From: an uncultured Actinomycetota bacterium
GTDB lineage: Bacteria > Actinomycetota > Actinomycetes > JAHEKZ01
DNA: 64,000 bases
Assembly: GCA_963743915.1 (NCBI GenBank)
Contig: CAVURN010000005.1
Location: 192,001-256,000, forward strand
Direction of reading: 5' to 3'
The notes under the pieces are model-generated. The model saw only the letters and a list, made by a program, of their open reading frames with translations, searched no databases and was not told the origin of the DNA. Positions 21,238 through 31,053 of the stretch are shown here, piece by piece; position 1 is the first letter of the stretch, and the number at the start of each line of letters is the position of its first letter. The position numbers and the translations under genes were made by a program.

Positions 21238-22903
21238 CTGCTCGACCCTCGGGAGCCGATGACCGCCGCGGGCCGCCGACACTCAGGGGCATCCGACGGC
21301 CGGTACGCATGTCCGGCGGGTCAAGCGGAAGGGGAGCCTTGTCGATCTCCGCACCCAGTCGGCGCGGCAGGGTCAGCCGGAAGCTCGCGCCGTCGCCGGG
21401 TTCACCCCACGCCTGCAGCCAGCCACCGTGGAGGTGGGCGTCCTCGAGGGCGATGGGGAGCCCGAGCCCGGTGCCGCCGAGCGAACGTGCCCGGGCGGGA
21501 TCGGCCCGCCAGAAGCGGTTGAACACCAGCGACGACTCACCGGGCCGCAGGCCGGTCCCGTGGTCGCGGACGCAGACGGCCACCGCGTCGTCCGAGACTC
21601 CGACTCGGACGTCGATCGGTTCGCCCTCACCGTGCTCGAACGCGTTGGCGAGCAGGTTGCGCAGGATGCGGTCGACCCGGCGTGGGTCGTACTCCGCCGT
21701 GGCCGGCTCCGCACACGGGTGCAGCCGGACCTCGGTGCCCATCCGCTCGGCCAGCGGACGCATCACCTCGACGACGGAGGCGACGGTGTCACGCAGGTCA
21801 CCGCGGACCGGGTCGAGGGTCGCGGCCCCGGCATCGAACCGGGAGATCTCGAGGAGGTCGGCAAGCAGAGCCTCGAACCGGTCGAGCTGGTTCTGCAGCA
21901 GCTCCGCCGAGCGCGCGGTTGCCGGGTCGAACGAGCCTCGCGCCTCGTGCAGCACGTCGGTCGCCATCCGGACGGTGGTGAGGGGTGTGCGCAGCTCGTG
22001 GGAGACGTCCGACACGAAGCGGCGCTGCACCCGGGACAGGTCCTCGAGCTGGCTGATCTTCAGCTGCAGGCTCTCCGCCATGTCGTTGAAAGACCGGGCC
22101 AGCCGCGCCAGGTCGTCCTCGCCGCGGACCTTCATGCGTTCGGACAGGTGTCCTGCGGAGAACTCCTCGGCGATCGCCGCCGCATAGCGCACCGGGTCGA
22201 CGACCTGACGCGTGACGAACCACGAGATCCACGCGAGCAGCAGCACCAGGACCAGCCCGGCGAACATCAGGGTCCGTTCGACGAGGTCCAGCGTCTGCTG
22301 CTCCTGGGTGAGCGGAAAGAGGTAGTAGAGCTCCGCGGCGCCGAGACCAGGCACATCCAGCGGCGCACCGACCGCGAAGCCCGGCACCGAGGGCCGGCCG
22401 TCGCCATAGCTGATCTCGGTGAACGTCGACGCCTGCACACCGTCCAGCTGGACGGCCTCCCGCAGGTCCGCCGGCACACTCGCCTCGCGCACCGGGCTGG
22501 AGCTGAACTGCTGGAACGACGTCGACGGGCTCAGCAGCAGGACGTCGTACAGCCGAGGGGTGCCCGCGCCGCGGTTGGCCATCTGGACGAAGACCTGTTG
22601 CACCAGCTGCGGAGCAGTGTCCGGGTCGGCCTGGTCGGATGCCGCGATCAGCGCCTCGGCCTGGTTGAGCCCGGCGCGTGCCTCGACCAGGGAGGCTCGC
22701 TGTCGGGCGTCGAGGAGCCCGGAGGTGATGCGACCGACGAGGATCTGGCCCAGCACGACGACGACGACCAGGGAGAGCGCGAGGGTCGTGGCGACGACCC
22801 GCAGGTACAGCGACGAGCGCCAGCGGTGCCGGACCGCGCCGACGGTCCGGCCCATCCAGCGTCCGACCGGCCCGCGGCCGAGGCTGCCTGCGTGGAGGTC
22901 CAT
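21230..22903 (-). CDS. mtrB: Sensor histidine kinase MtrB
   Basis: FVSDVSHELRTPLTT, FNRFWRADPARAR, GGTGLGL, HAMP domain, two TM helices. Confidence 0.93.
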   Translation of the reverse strand: MDLHAGSLGRGPVGRWMGRTVGAVRHRWRSSLYLRVVATTLALSLVVVVVLGQILVGRITSGLLDARQRASLVEARAGLNQAEALIAASDQADPDTAPQLVQQVFVQMANRGAGTPRLYDVLLLSPSTSFQQFSSSPVREASVPADLREAVQLDGVQASTFTEISYGDGRPSVPGFAVGAPLDVPGLGAAELYYLFPLTQEQQTLDLVERTLMFAGLVLVLLLAWISWFVTRQVVDPVRYAAAIAEEFSAGHLSERMKVRGEDDLARLARSFNDMAESLQLKISQLEDLSRVQRRFVSDVSHELRTPLTTVRMATDVLHEARGSFDPATARSAELLQNQLDRFEALLADLLEISRFDAGAATLDPVRGDLRDTVASVVEVMRPLAERMGTEVRLHPCAEPATAEYDPRRVDRILRNLLANAFEHGEGEPIDVRVGVSDDAVAVCVRDHGTGLRPGESSLVFNRFWRADPARARSLGGTGLGLPIALEDAHLHGGWLQAWGEPGDGASFRLTLPRRLGAEIDKAPLPLDPPDMRTGRRMPLSVGGPRRSSAPEGRADG

Positions 22904-22906
22904 GCC

Positions 22907-23584
22907 CTAGGCCGGACCGGCCTTGTACCCGACCCCTCGGACGGTCACGACGATCTCCGGGTGCTCGGGGTCGCGCTCGATCTTCGACCGCAGCCGCTGC
23001 ACGTGGACGTTGACCAACCGGGTGTCCGCCGCGTGACGGTACCCCCACACCTGCTCGAGCAGGATCTCCCGGGTGAACACCTGCCACGGCTTGCGGGCCA
23101 GGGCCACCAGGAGGTCGAACTCCAGCGGTGTCAGGGAGATCGCCTCGCCGTCCCGCTTGACGGTGTGACCGGGCACGTCGATCGACAGGTCGCCGATCTC
23201 CAGCGACTCCGGGCGGCCCTCGTCTGTGCGGCGCATCCGCGCGCGGATGCGCGCCACGAGCTCCTTCGGTTTGAAGGGCTTGACCACGTAGTCGTCCGCG
23301 CCCGTCTCCAGACCGAGCACGACGTCGACCGTGTCGCCCTTGGCGGTGAGCATGACGATCGGCACCCCGGACTCTGCGCGGATCTCGCGGCAGATCTCGA
23401 TGCCGTCCCTTCCCGGCAGCATGAGATCGAGCAGCACCAGGTCGGGGTTGAACTCCTTGAAGGCCGCCACCGCCCGCTCCCCGTCGGCGCACAGATAGGG
23501 CTCAAAGCCTTCTCCGCGCAGCACGATGCCGAGCATCTCCGACAGCGCGGTGTCGTCGTCCACGACCAGGATGCGTCCCTTCAT
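22907..23584 (-). CDS. mtrA: Response regulator MtrA
   Basis: MKGRILVVDDDTALSEMLGIVL...VWGYRHAADTRLVNVHVQRLRSKIE. Confidence 0.95.
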   Translation of the reverse strand: MKGRILVVDDDTALSEMLGIVLRGEGFEPYLCADGERAVAAFKEFNPDLVLLDLMLPGRDGIEICREIRAESGVPIVMLTAKGDTVDVVLGLETGADDYVVKPFKPKELVARIRARMRRTDEGRPESLEIGDLSIDVPGHTVKRDGEAISLTPLEFDLLVALARKPWQVFTREILLEQVWGYRHAADTRLVNVHVQRLRSKIERDPEHPEIVVTVRGVGYKAGPA

Positions 23585-23658
23585 GGCGCCCATCGTCGCA
23601 CCTCGGGCCCGGACGTGGCACCACGACGCTCCTCGTGCCACCGTGGCACGATGGCGCG

Positions 23659-24627
23659 ATGACCGACGACCCCACGCCACCGGACGCGTCGCCGGGCCCG
23701 ACCCCGCCCACGGCCTGGACGCCGCCGCCGCCGATGGGGAGCTGGGGACCCCCACCTCCCGCTCAGAAGCCCGGTGTCATCCCCCTGCGTCCGCTCGGCA
23801 TCCCCGAGCTCCTGGACGGGGCCATCACGGCCATCCGCCGGTACCCCCGTTCGATCCTTGTGCCGTCGTTCGTCGTGGCGCTCGCCCTCGGGCTGCTGGG
23901 GTTCGTCACGTCGCTGCTCACCATCGGGATCTACGACGGCCTCGCCGACCTGGACCCGGAGACCGCGAGCGGCAGCGACATCGTCGGTCTCCTCGGGCCG
24001 ACCCTGCTGCTGACCCTGGTGTCGGCACTCTTCCAGCTCGTCGCCACGGTGCTGCTCACCGGCATCGTGACGGTCGTGATGGGTGAGGCGGTGCTGGGGC
24101 GCGAGATCAGTCTCGAGGAGGCGTGGCAGCGGGTGCGGCCGCATGCCTGGGCCCTGATCGGGCTCTCGCTGCTGACGACGCTGATCCTGATCCCGCTGTT
24201 CCTGCTCTGCGTGCTGCCCGGCATCTGGGTGGGCGTCGGGCTCTCGCTGGCGTCGGCTGCGCTCGTGCTCGAGCGCTCCGGCGTCGGGGCCGCACTGAGC
24301 CGCTCGTGGCAGCTGGTCAAGGGCGCCTGGTGGCGTACCTTCGGCGCGCTCGCGCTGATGGTGCTGATCTACTTCGTCATCAGCGCCGCCGTCAGCATCC
24401 CGTTCTCCGTGCCCGAGTTCGTCGCGCCCTCGATCGACCCGGTCAACCTGACGGTGGACGAGACCCGCTTCATCATCAACACGACCATCAGCACGGTGGG
24501 CAGCGTCATCGTCTCGACCATCACGCTGCCCTTCGTCGCTGCCGTGATCGCACTGATCTACATCGACCGTCGGATGCGGGTGGAGGGGCTCGACATCACC
24601 CTGGCTCGGCAGGCACAGGGGCTGTGA
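23659..24627 (+). CDS. Integral membrane protein (GDPD-membrane-domain-like) with Pro-rich N-terminus
   Basis: KPGVIPLRPL..ELLDGA, ALSRSWQLVKG.WWR.FG, LIYIDRRMRVEGLD. Confidence 0.78.
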   Translation: MTDDPTPPDASPGPTPPTAWTPPPPMGSWGPPPPAQKPGVIPLRPLGIPELLDGAITAIRRYPRSILVPSFVVALALGLLGFVTSLLTIGIYDGLADLDPETASGSDIVGLLGPTLLLTLVSALFQLVATVLLTGIVTVVMGEAVLGREISLEEAWQRVRPHAWALIGLSLLTTLILIPLFLLCVLPGIWVGVGLSLASAALVLERSGVGAALSRSWQLVKGAWWRTFGALALMVLIYFVISAAVSIPFSVPEFVAPSIDPVNLTVDETRFIINTTISTVGSVIVSTITLPFVAAVIALIYIDRRMRVEGLDITLARQAQGL

Positions 24628-25253
24628 CTGCGCCGTGGGGCATCCCCGTCGACATCGGTGGGCCCGAGGCACGTGACCTGGCGCTGCGCGAGCTCGCCGA
24701 CCCCGTCTACGCACGGGCGCAGCCGCCGTGGTGGCAGCGAGCCGCCACCTGGCTCTGGGACCGCATCGGGTCAGCCGTCAGTGATCTCGTCGGTGCCGCC
24801 GACGGCGTCGTCTGGATCATCGTCCTGGTCGCCGTGATCAGCCTGCTGCTCCTGGTCGTCGCCCGCCGGGTCGGATGGGTGGCGCGTCGACACCCCGCAC
24901 GCGGTGCGGTCTTCACCGATCGCACCGTGAGCGCCGCCGCGCACCGTGCCTCGGCGTCCGACGCCGCCGCGCGCGCCGACTGGACCACCGCCACCCTGGA
25001 GATCTTCCGTGCGCTGGTCCGGTCCATGGAGGAGCGCGGCGCCGTCGACGCCCGCCCAGGGCGAACGGCCGACGAGGCTGCGGCTGCGGGTGCGGCCACG
25101 TTCCCGTCGTCGCGCACTGCCCTGTCCGATGCGGCACGCACCTTCGACGAGGTCGCGTACGGCGGACGCCCGGGCACCGCAGCGGGCTACGACCGGTTGC
25201 GGGACCTCGACGCCGCCCTGCGGTCCACCTCGATGGTGGGGCAGCCGGCATGA
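24624..25253 (+). CDS. DUF4129 membrane protein
   Basis: RPGRTADEAA...AARTFDEVAYG; GTGA overlap with upstream gene. Confidence 0.8.
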   Translation: MTAPWGIPVDIGGPEARDLALRELADPVYARAQPPWWQRAATWLWDRIGSAVSDLVGAADGVVWIIVLVAVISLLLLVVARRVGWVARRHPARGAVFTDRTVSAAAHRASASDAAARADWTTATLEIFRALVRSMEERGAVDARPGRTADEAAAAGAATFPSSRTALSDAARTFDEVAYGGRPGTAAGYDRLRDLDAALRSTSMVGQPA

Positions 25254-26380
25254 GTCTGACGACGAGCCGCGCGACCGGACGCCGACGCCTGGCCGTCGCG
25301 GCGGGGGTGCTGGTGGGGCTGGGGCTGATGACCGCACTGCTGACCCCCGCGACCAGCAGGACCTACCTCGATCCCGATGCCGCGACTCCAGGGGGGACGC
25401 GAGCACTCGCCGAGCTGCTGCGCGCGCAGGGCGCCACGGTGGAGCGGACCACCGATGCAGCGCGCGCTCTGCGATCGCCCCCCGGCACCACCGTGGTGGT
25501 GGCGTACCCGGAGATCCTCAGCCCCACCGTGCTCCGTGAACTGGAGACTGCTCAGGCGGACGTCGTCCTGCTCGGCGTCCCCGCACAGTCACCCGCATAC
25601 CTCGGCGTGACCCCGATCGACACCGCCGATGTCGACGAACGCCTCCCGGACTGTGCCCTGCCTGCGGCAACCGCGGCGGGTACCGCGCTCACCGGCGGTG
25701 TCGTCTACGCGGTCGGTCCCCATCCGGAACGCGACGACCTGTCCCCAGGCGCCTCGTGCTACCCGGCCGGCGACGGTGGCACCGTCGTCCAGGTGACCAC
25801 GGCGGCCGGTCAGCGGCACACCGTCCTCGGCTCCGCCGAGTTCATGACCAACGACCGGCTGGCCGACGACGGCAACGCGGCCCTCGCACTGAACCTGGTC
25901 GGTACGCAGTCGGCCGTCGTGTGGTGGTTGCCCACCCCGGAGTTCACCGGGACGCAGCCGCTCACGTCGTTGCTGCCGGAGGCTGTGTGGCCCCTGTTGG
26001 CCGCGATTGTCGTCGTGGCCGTCGCGCTCGCCGCCTGGAGAGGTCGTCGGCTCGGTCCGGTGGTGGTCGAACCGCTTCCCGTCGCGGTGCGGGCCTCCGA
26101 GACCACCGAGGGACGGGCGCAGATCTACCAGCGATACCGCACGCGCGACCAGGCGGCGCAGCATCTCCGGCGACGGACCCAGACCCTGCTGGTCCGGCGA
26201 CTCGGACTCCCCAGGGCGTCCGGAGCCGACGTCGTCGTCGCTGCGACCTCCCGCGTCGCGGGGCGTCGCGAGGACGAGGTGCAGCGGCTTCTGTACGGTG
26301 CTGCGCCACACGACGACGCCAGCCTCGTGTCGCTGGCCCAGCAGCTGTCCACCCTCGAGCAGGAAGCAGGTCAGCGGTGA
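25250..26380 (+). CDS. DUF4350 membrane protein
   Basis: LDPDA..PGGTRALAELL, TNDRLADDGNAALALNL, WRGRRLGPVVVEPLPVAVRASET. Confidence 0.82.
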   Translation: MSLTTSRATGRRRLAVAAGVLVGLGLMTALLTPATSRTYLDPDAATPGGTRALAELLRAQGATVERTTDAARALRSPPGTTVVVAYPEILSPTVLRELETAQADVVLLGVPAQSPAYLGVTPIDTADVDERLPDCALPAATAAGTALTGGVVYAVGPHPERDDLSPGASCYPAGDGGTVVQVTTAAGQRHTVLGSAEFMTNDRLADDGNAALALNLVGTQSAVVWWLPTPEFTGTQPLTSLLPEAVWPLLAAIVVVAVALAAWRGRRLGPVVVEPLPVAVRASETTEGRAQIYQRYRTRDQAAQHLRRRTQTLLVRRLGLPRASGADVVVAATSRVAGRREDEVQRLLYGAAPHDDASLVSLAQQLSTLEQEAGQR

Positions 26381-27372
26381 CCGACGGATCCCAGCAGTCC
26401 GCACAGCAGCCGGCCCAGCAGGGCGACGACCCGCGTTCCGCCCTGCTCGCCGTACGCGCAGAGGTGGCCAAGGCGGTCGTCGGGCAGGACGCCGTGGTCA
26501 GTGGGGTGCTGATCGCCCTGCTCTGCCGCGGGCACGTGCTGCTCGAGGGGGTGCCGGGGACCGCCAAGACCCTGCTCGTGCGAACCCTCGCGCAGACCCT
26601 CGCCGTCGACAGCAAGAGGGTGCAGTTCACCCCCGACCTGATGCCGGGAGACGTCACCGGCTCCCTCGTCTACGACGCCCGGACCGCCGAGTTCGCCTTC
26701 CGGCCGGGGCCCGTCTTCACCAACCTCCTCCTGGCTGACGAGATCAACCGCACGCCCCCCAAGACGCAGGCCGCGCTGCTCGAGGCGATGGAGGAGCGTC
26801 AGGTGAGCGTCGACGGGGTCCCGCGCCCTCTGCCTGAGCCCTTCCTGGTGGCGGCCACGCAGAACCCGGTGGAGTACGAAGGCACCTACCCGCTGCCAGA
26901 GGCGCAGCTCGACCGCTTCCTGCTGAAGCTGACGATGCCCATACCGGCGCGCGACGACGAGATCGACATCGTCACGCGGCACGCCGCCGGCTTCGACCCG
27001 CGAGATCTGGTGGCCGCCGGTATCAGGGCGGTGGCCGACGTCGCTGCGCTCGACGAGGCCCGGCGGTCGGTCGCCACCGTGACCATCTCCTCCGACGTGG
27101 CGGGCTACGTGGTCGACCTGGCCCGGGCCACGCGGGCCGCCAGCGGGGTGGAGCTCGGCGTCTCGCCGCGCGGGAGCACCGCGCTGCTCGCCGCCGCCCG
27201 GGCGTGGGCGTGGCTGAGCGCCCGCGACTTCGTCACCCCCGACGACGTCAAGACCGTGGCCAAACCCGCCTGGCGGCACCGCCTCCAGCTGCGGGCGGAA
27301 GCGCAGCTCGAGGGAAGCACGGCCGATGGCGTGCTGGACGCCGTGCTGAGCGCGGTCCCGGTGCCGCGCTGA
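26377..27372 (+). CDS. moxR: MoxR-family AAA+ ATPase
   Basis: GHVLLEGVPGTAKT, QFTPDLMPGD, LLADEINRTPPKTQ, EGTYPLPEAQLDRF. Confidence 0.93.
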   Translation: MTDGSQQSAQQPAQQGDDPRSALLAVRAEVAKAVVGQDAVVSGVLIALLCRGHVLLEGVPGTAKTLLVRTLAQTLAVDSKRVQFTPDLMPGDVTGSLVYDARTAEFAFRPGPVFTNLLLADEINRTPPKTQAALLEAMEERQVSVDGVPRPLPEPFLVAATQNPVEYEGTYPLPEAQLDRFLLKLTMPIPARDDEIDIVTRHAAGFDPRDLVAAGIRAVADVAALDEARRSVATVTISSDVAGYVVDLARATRAASGVELGVSPRGSTALLAAARAWAWLSARDFVTPDDVKTVAKPAWRHRLQLRAEAQLEGSTADGVLDAVLSAVPVPR

Positions 27373-27379
27373 CGTGCGC

Positions 27380-28678
27380 ATGGACCTGGTCGTCACAGGA
27401 CGCGCCACGCTGGGTGCCGCCGCCCTGGCTGTCGCCGTCCTGGTGGTGCCCGGGTGGAGCACGTTCTGGCTCGGTCTTGCGCTGCTGCTCCTCCTGGTGG
27501 CCGTCGATGCGCTGCGCGCGCCGAACCCTCGACAGCTGGGCCTGAGCCGAGAGGGGGACACGCAGGTACGGATCGGCGAGTCCGCCACGACGCGGCTCCG
27601 CATCACTCACACCGGCACCCGGTCCGCCCGCGGCTGGCTGCGGGACGCCTGGCCACCCTCCGCAGGGGCGTGGCCGGCGGCGGTCCCGCTCGACGTCCCG
27701 GCGGGAGAGCGGCGGACCGTCACCACCGAGCTCCGCCCCACGCGCCGCGGCGCCCGCATGCCCGACCGGGTCACGGTGCGCACCCTGGGTCCCTGGGGAC
27801 TCGCCGGACGCCAGCAGAGCACCGCCGTGCCGTGGCGGGTCGACGTGCTGCCACCCTTCCTGTCCCGCAAGCACCTGGCGAGCAAGCTGGCCCGGCTCCG
27901 GGATCTCGACGGACGCGCCGTCGTGCTCCACCGCGGCGAGGGGACGGAGTTCGACTCGCTGCGCGAGTACGTGATCGGCGACGACGTGCGGTCCATCGAC
28001 TGGCGGGCCACAGCGCGCTCGTCCGACGTCATGGTGCGGACGTGGCGGCCCGAACGCGACCGCCACGTGATGATCGTGCTCGACTGCGGCCGCACGTCAG
28101 CGGGTCGGGTCGGGGACGCTCCTCGGCTCGACGCGGCGATCGAGGCGACCTTGCTGCTGACGGCCCTCGCCAGCAGGGCCGGCGACCGGGTCGACGTCCT
28201 GGCCTGGGACCGGCGGGTGCGTGGCTCGGTGCAGGGACAGACCGGCGCCGGTCTGCTCCGTGCGGTCACCTCCATGACCGCTCACGTCGAACCCAGCCTG
28301 GTGGAGACCGACTGGACCGGGCTCGTCCCCGAGATCGCGCGGCGCTCTCGCCACAGGTCGCTCGTGGTTCTCCTTTCCTCGCTCGACCCGTCACCGCTGC
28401 TGCACGGGCTCGCGCCCGTCAGTCCGCTTCTGGTCCGGCGGCATCAGGTGGTGCTGGCGGGAGTCAGCGACCCGGCCATGGCGATGATGCTCCAGCGACC
28501 AGCCGACCTGCACGACACCTACCGCGCCGCAGCAGCCGCCGGCTTCGCCGAGGAGAGACGTACGGCGTCCGACCACATGCAGCGGATCGGGCTGGACGTG
28601 GTGGACGCGCAGCCGGACGATCTCGCACCCGCGCTGGCCGACCACTACCTGGCGCTGAAGGCAGCCGGGCGCCTGTGA
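27380..28678 (+). CDS. DUF58 protein (vWA-like MoxR partner)
   Basis: GTEFDSLREYVIGDDVRSIDWRATAR, VLDCGRTS. Confidence 0.9.
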   Translation: MDLVVTGRATLGAAALAVAVLVVPGWSTFWLGLALLLLLVAVDALRAPNPRQLGLSREGDTQVRIGESATTRLRITHTGTRSARGWLRDAWPPSAGAWPAAVPLDVPAGERRTVTTELRPTRRGARMPDRVTVRTLGPWGLAGRQQSTAVPWRVDVLPPFLSRKHLASKLARLRDLDGRAVVLHRGEGTEFDSLREYVIGDDVRSIDWRATARSSDVMVRTWRPERDRHVMIVLDCGRTSAGRVGDAPRLDAAIEATLLLTALASRAGDRVDVLAWDRRVRGSVQGQTGAGLLRAVTSMTAHVEPSLVETDWTGLVPEIARRSRHRSLVVLLSSLDPSPLLHGLAPVSPLLVRRHQVVLAGVSDPAMAMMLQRPADLHDTYRAAAAAGFAEERRTASDHMQRIGLDVVDAQPDDLAPALADHYLALKAAGRL

Positions 28679-28682
28679 CCGG

Positions 28683-30527
28683 CTACGAGCTGTTGCCGCC
28701 ACCTCCGGACCCGCCCTGGGCCTGCTGACCGGAGTCGGCGGGCTTGTCGCTGGGCTTGTCGCTGGGCTTGTCGCTGGGCTTGTCAGAAGGCTTGTCAGAA
28801 GGCTTGTCGCTGGGCTTGTCGCTGGGCTTGGGATCCGGCTTCGCCGAGCAGATGACCGTCGGTGCCGCGCTGTACGAGGTGGACAGCGGCTCCCGGCGCT
28901 CGACCTTCCCGTCACGCGACCAGACGCGGGTGACCACGATGTCGAAGCCGTCGACTCCGTACTGCGCGACGCAGCCTTCGGCCGGGTCGTAGACGGTGCC
29001 CGCAGGGCGGATGTTCGTCCGCGGTCCGAACTCCGCCTTGATGTCCCAGTACTTGGTGCTCCACATGGTCGTGGTGACGGAGGTGTCCGTGACCGACGCG
29101 GTGATCAACACCCCGTAGGGGGTGTCGTTGCGGAACTTCAGGTCGAGGTTGCCCCACGAGACCGTCGCCTCGAGGCCGGGAAGGTAGCGGGAGATCCAGA
29201 AGCCGTGGGCACGCTGCTCGACCCGTGTCATGCCGGCGTAGAACGCGGTGTGCCACATCGCCGTGGTGATGGTCGAGACAGCGCCGCCGTAGTCCTCCAC
29301 GAGCCGGTTGCCCACGATGATGTAGCCCTTGACGAACCCGTTCTCCGGCGTCCTCTCACCGACGACCCCGTTCAGGCTGAAGGTCTCGCCGGGCTCGAGG
29401 ACCGTCCCGGTGATCTTCTCGGCTGCGACGCCGATGTTCGTGACCCGGTACGCGGCGTAGGGGAACTCCTGGGTGAACGTCGAGATGACCTCGCTCACCC
29501 CCAGGTCCTTCGCCTCGCGCGTGGTCAGGTCCGGGACGACCTTGCCCATCTCGAGCTCTGCCCGACGGTCGTCCGCCGCCAAGGCGGCGACCAGCCCGTC
29601 GGCGAGCTGCTGGTCGTCGACACCGAAGCCGGTCTTGCCGGGAACGACCTTGGGCGTCCCTGAGGACACGTCGAACGAGGCATCCACTGCTGGGGTGCCG
29701 ACCTCGGCAAGGGGCTCACCCAGCAGCTCTCGGAGAGCCGCACCGTCGACCGTGGGCTCCATGCCGTCCTCCGTGGCCCGGAAGGACAGGACGGCCGCGA
29801 TCTGTTCCGGCTCCACCGTGAGCGTGGCGCCGTCGACCTGGAGCGTCACCGGCGCTGACACGGCCTCGACGGCGGCCGTCGCGGCGGTCTCGTCGAGCTC
29901 GGACTCGGAGACCAGCGGCTCCACCGTCTCCACCGCGATGGCGACCGGTTCCTCGCCGACCAGGTAGGAGTCGGCGATCGCAGTGGCGGCGGCGGCCCGG
30001 TCGAGGGCGACACCGGCCCGCGGAGCGACCGTGACCACCTCGCTGCCGTCGTATCCGATGCGTGGTTGTCGGACGGGCTGGTCGACCCGCCGAGCCAGGG
30101 CGCGGACGCCACGGGTGAGCTGGCGCGCGTCCACGTCGATCGCGGGATCGACCTCCTGCCCGAACACCTGGCCCACCAGGCGCAGGGAAAGCGCCTCACG
30201 ACGAGGCACGGCGTCCACGCTTGCCTCGGGGTCGAACTGCAGGCCGAAGCGGGACGCCGGGAGGCTCCGGACCCGACCGTCGACGTCCACCGAGACCGAC
30301 GCGGCGCGCTCGGCAAGCTGATCGTCCAGCCGTTGCACGGCGGCCACGTCGTCCAGCCCCCCGATGTCGACGCCGGCGACCGTGGTGCCGCGCGGGATCT
30401 CGCTCCCGACCCACAGCAGCGCCGTGGCGTAGGAGAGCAGGAGCGCCGAGACGACGGCGAGCACGACGAAAGTCGTCGCACGGCGCCGTCGCGCAGACCC
30501 CTGCCGCGAGGGAACGGACTCACTCAT
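28683..30527 (-). CDS. VanW-family protein with PG-binding-4-like region
   Basis: N-terminal TM; PGETFSLNGVVGERT..GF, SRYLPGLEATV, DLKFRNDT. Confidence 0.85.
   Translation of the reverse strand: MSESVPSRQGSARRRRATTFVVLAVVSALLLSYATALLWVGSEIPRGTTVAGVDIGGLDDVAAVQRLDDQLAERAASVSVDVDGRVRSLPASRFGLQFDPEASVDAVPRREALSLRLVGQVFGQEVDPAIDVDARQLTRGVRALARRVDQPVRQPRIGYDGSEVVTVAPRAGVALDRAAAATAIADSYLVGEEPVAIAVETVEPLVSESELDETAATAAVEAVSAPVTLQVDGATLTVEPEQIAAVLSFRATEDGMEPTVDGAALRELLGEPLAEVGTPAVDASFDVSSGTPKVVPGKTGFGVDDQQLADGLVAALAADDRRAELEMGKVVPDLTTREAKDLGVSEVISTFTQEFPYAAYRVTNIGVAAEKITGTVLEPGETFSLNGVVGERTPENGFVKGYIIVGNRLVEDYGGAVSTITTAMWHTAFYAGMTRVEQRAHGFWISRYLPGLEATVSWGNLDLKFRNDTPYGVLITASVTDTSVTTTMWSTKYWDIKAEFGPRTNIRPAGTVYDPAEGCVAQYGVDGFDIVVTRVWSRDGKVERREPLSTSYSAAPTVICSAKPDPKPSDKPSDKPSDKPSDKPSDKPSDKPSDKPADSGQQAQGGSGGGGNSS
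28740..28830 (-). repeat. 12-bp tandem repeat (about 7 copies) encoding PSDK
   Basis: ggcttgtcgctg / ggcttgtcagaa units at the 3' end of the vanW-like gene. Confidence 0.9.
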
Positions 30528-31027
30528 GCCTCGGCCTTGACCCCCACCGAGCAGTAGCGACGTCGGTAGTAGAGCAGCGGCTCAGGGTCGACCTTCTCCG
30601 GGATCTCCACGTTGGTCACCTGGCCGATGACCACGTCATGGTCACCGGCGCGGTGGATGTCCGTGGTCCGGCACTCCAACGCGGCGAGCGAACCGTCGAA
30701 CCAGGCCACCCCACCGGGCGAGCGGTGGTGCGCGGTGCGGTCGAGCTGGCCGAGCAAGGGACGACCCTTGGTCGCGAACCACCGCGACGTGGCTTCGGCG
30801 TCCGCGGGGAGTAGTGAGACGCCCCACAGGTCGGTGTCGGTGATCGCCGTGCCGAACCGTGACTCCCGTTCGACGCAGACGAGGACGAGCAGCGGGTCGA
30901 GCGACACAGAGGCGAACGCGTTCGCCGTCATCGCGTGGTCGGTGTCGTCGACGACGCACGTCACGACTGTGATCCCCGTGGCGAAACGACTGACCGCCTC
31001 GCGAAAGGCGTCTGGAGTCGGGGTCAC
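30524..31027 (-). CDS. Flavin reductase family protein
   Basis: FREAVSRFATGITVVT, SVSLDP, AGDHDVVIG, PLLYY. Confidence 0.92.
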   Translation of the reverse strand: MTPTPDAFREAVSRFATGITVVTCVVDDTDHAMTANAFASVSLDPLLVLVCVERESRFGTAITDTDLWGVSLLPADAEATSRWFATKGRPLLGQLDRTAHHRSPGGVAWFDGSLAALECRTTDIHRAGDHDVVIGQVTNVEIPEKVDPEPLLYYRRRYCSVGVKAEA

Positions 31028-31053
31028 CCAAAGACCCTAACCCGAGGTGCGGA

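Noticed and set aside
28683-30527. Vancomycin resistance locus
   Set aside because: VanW domains are widespread; no vanHAX or vanRS genes present
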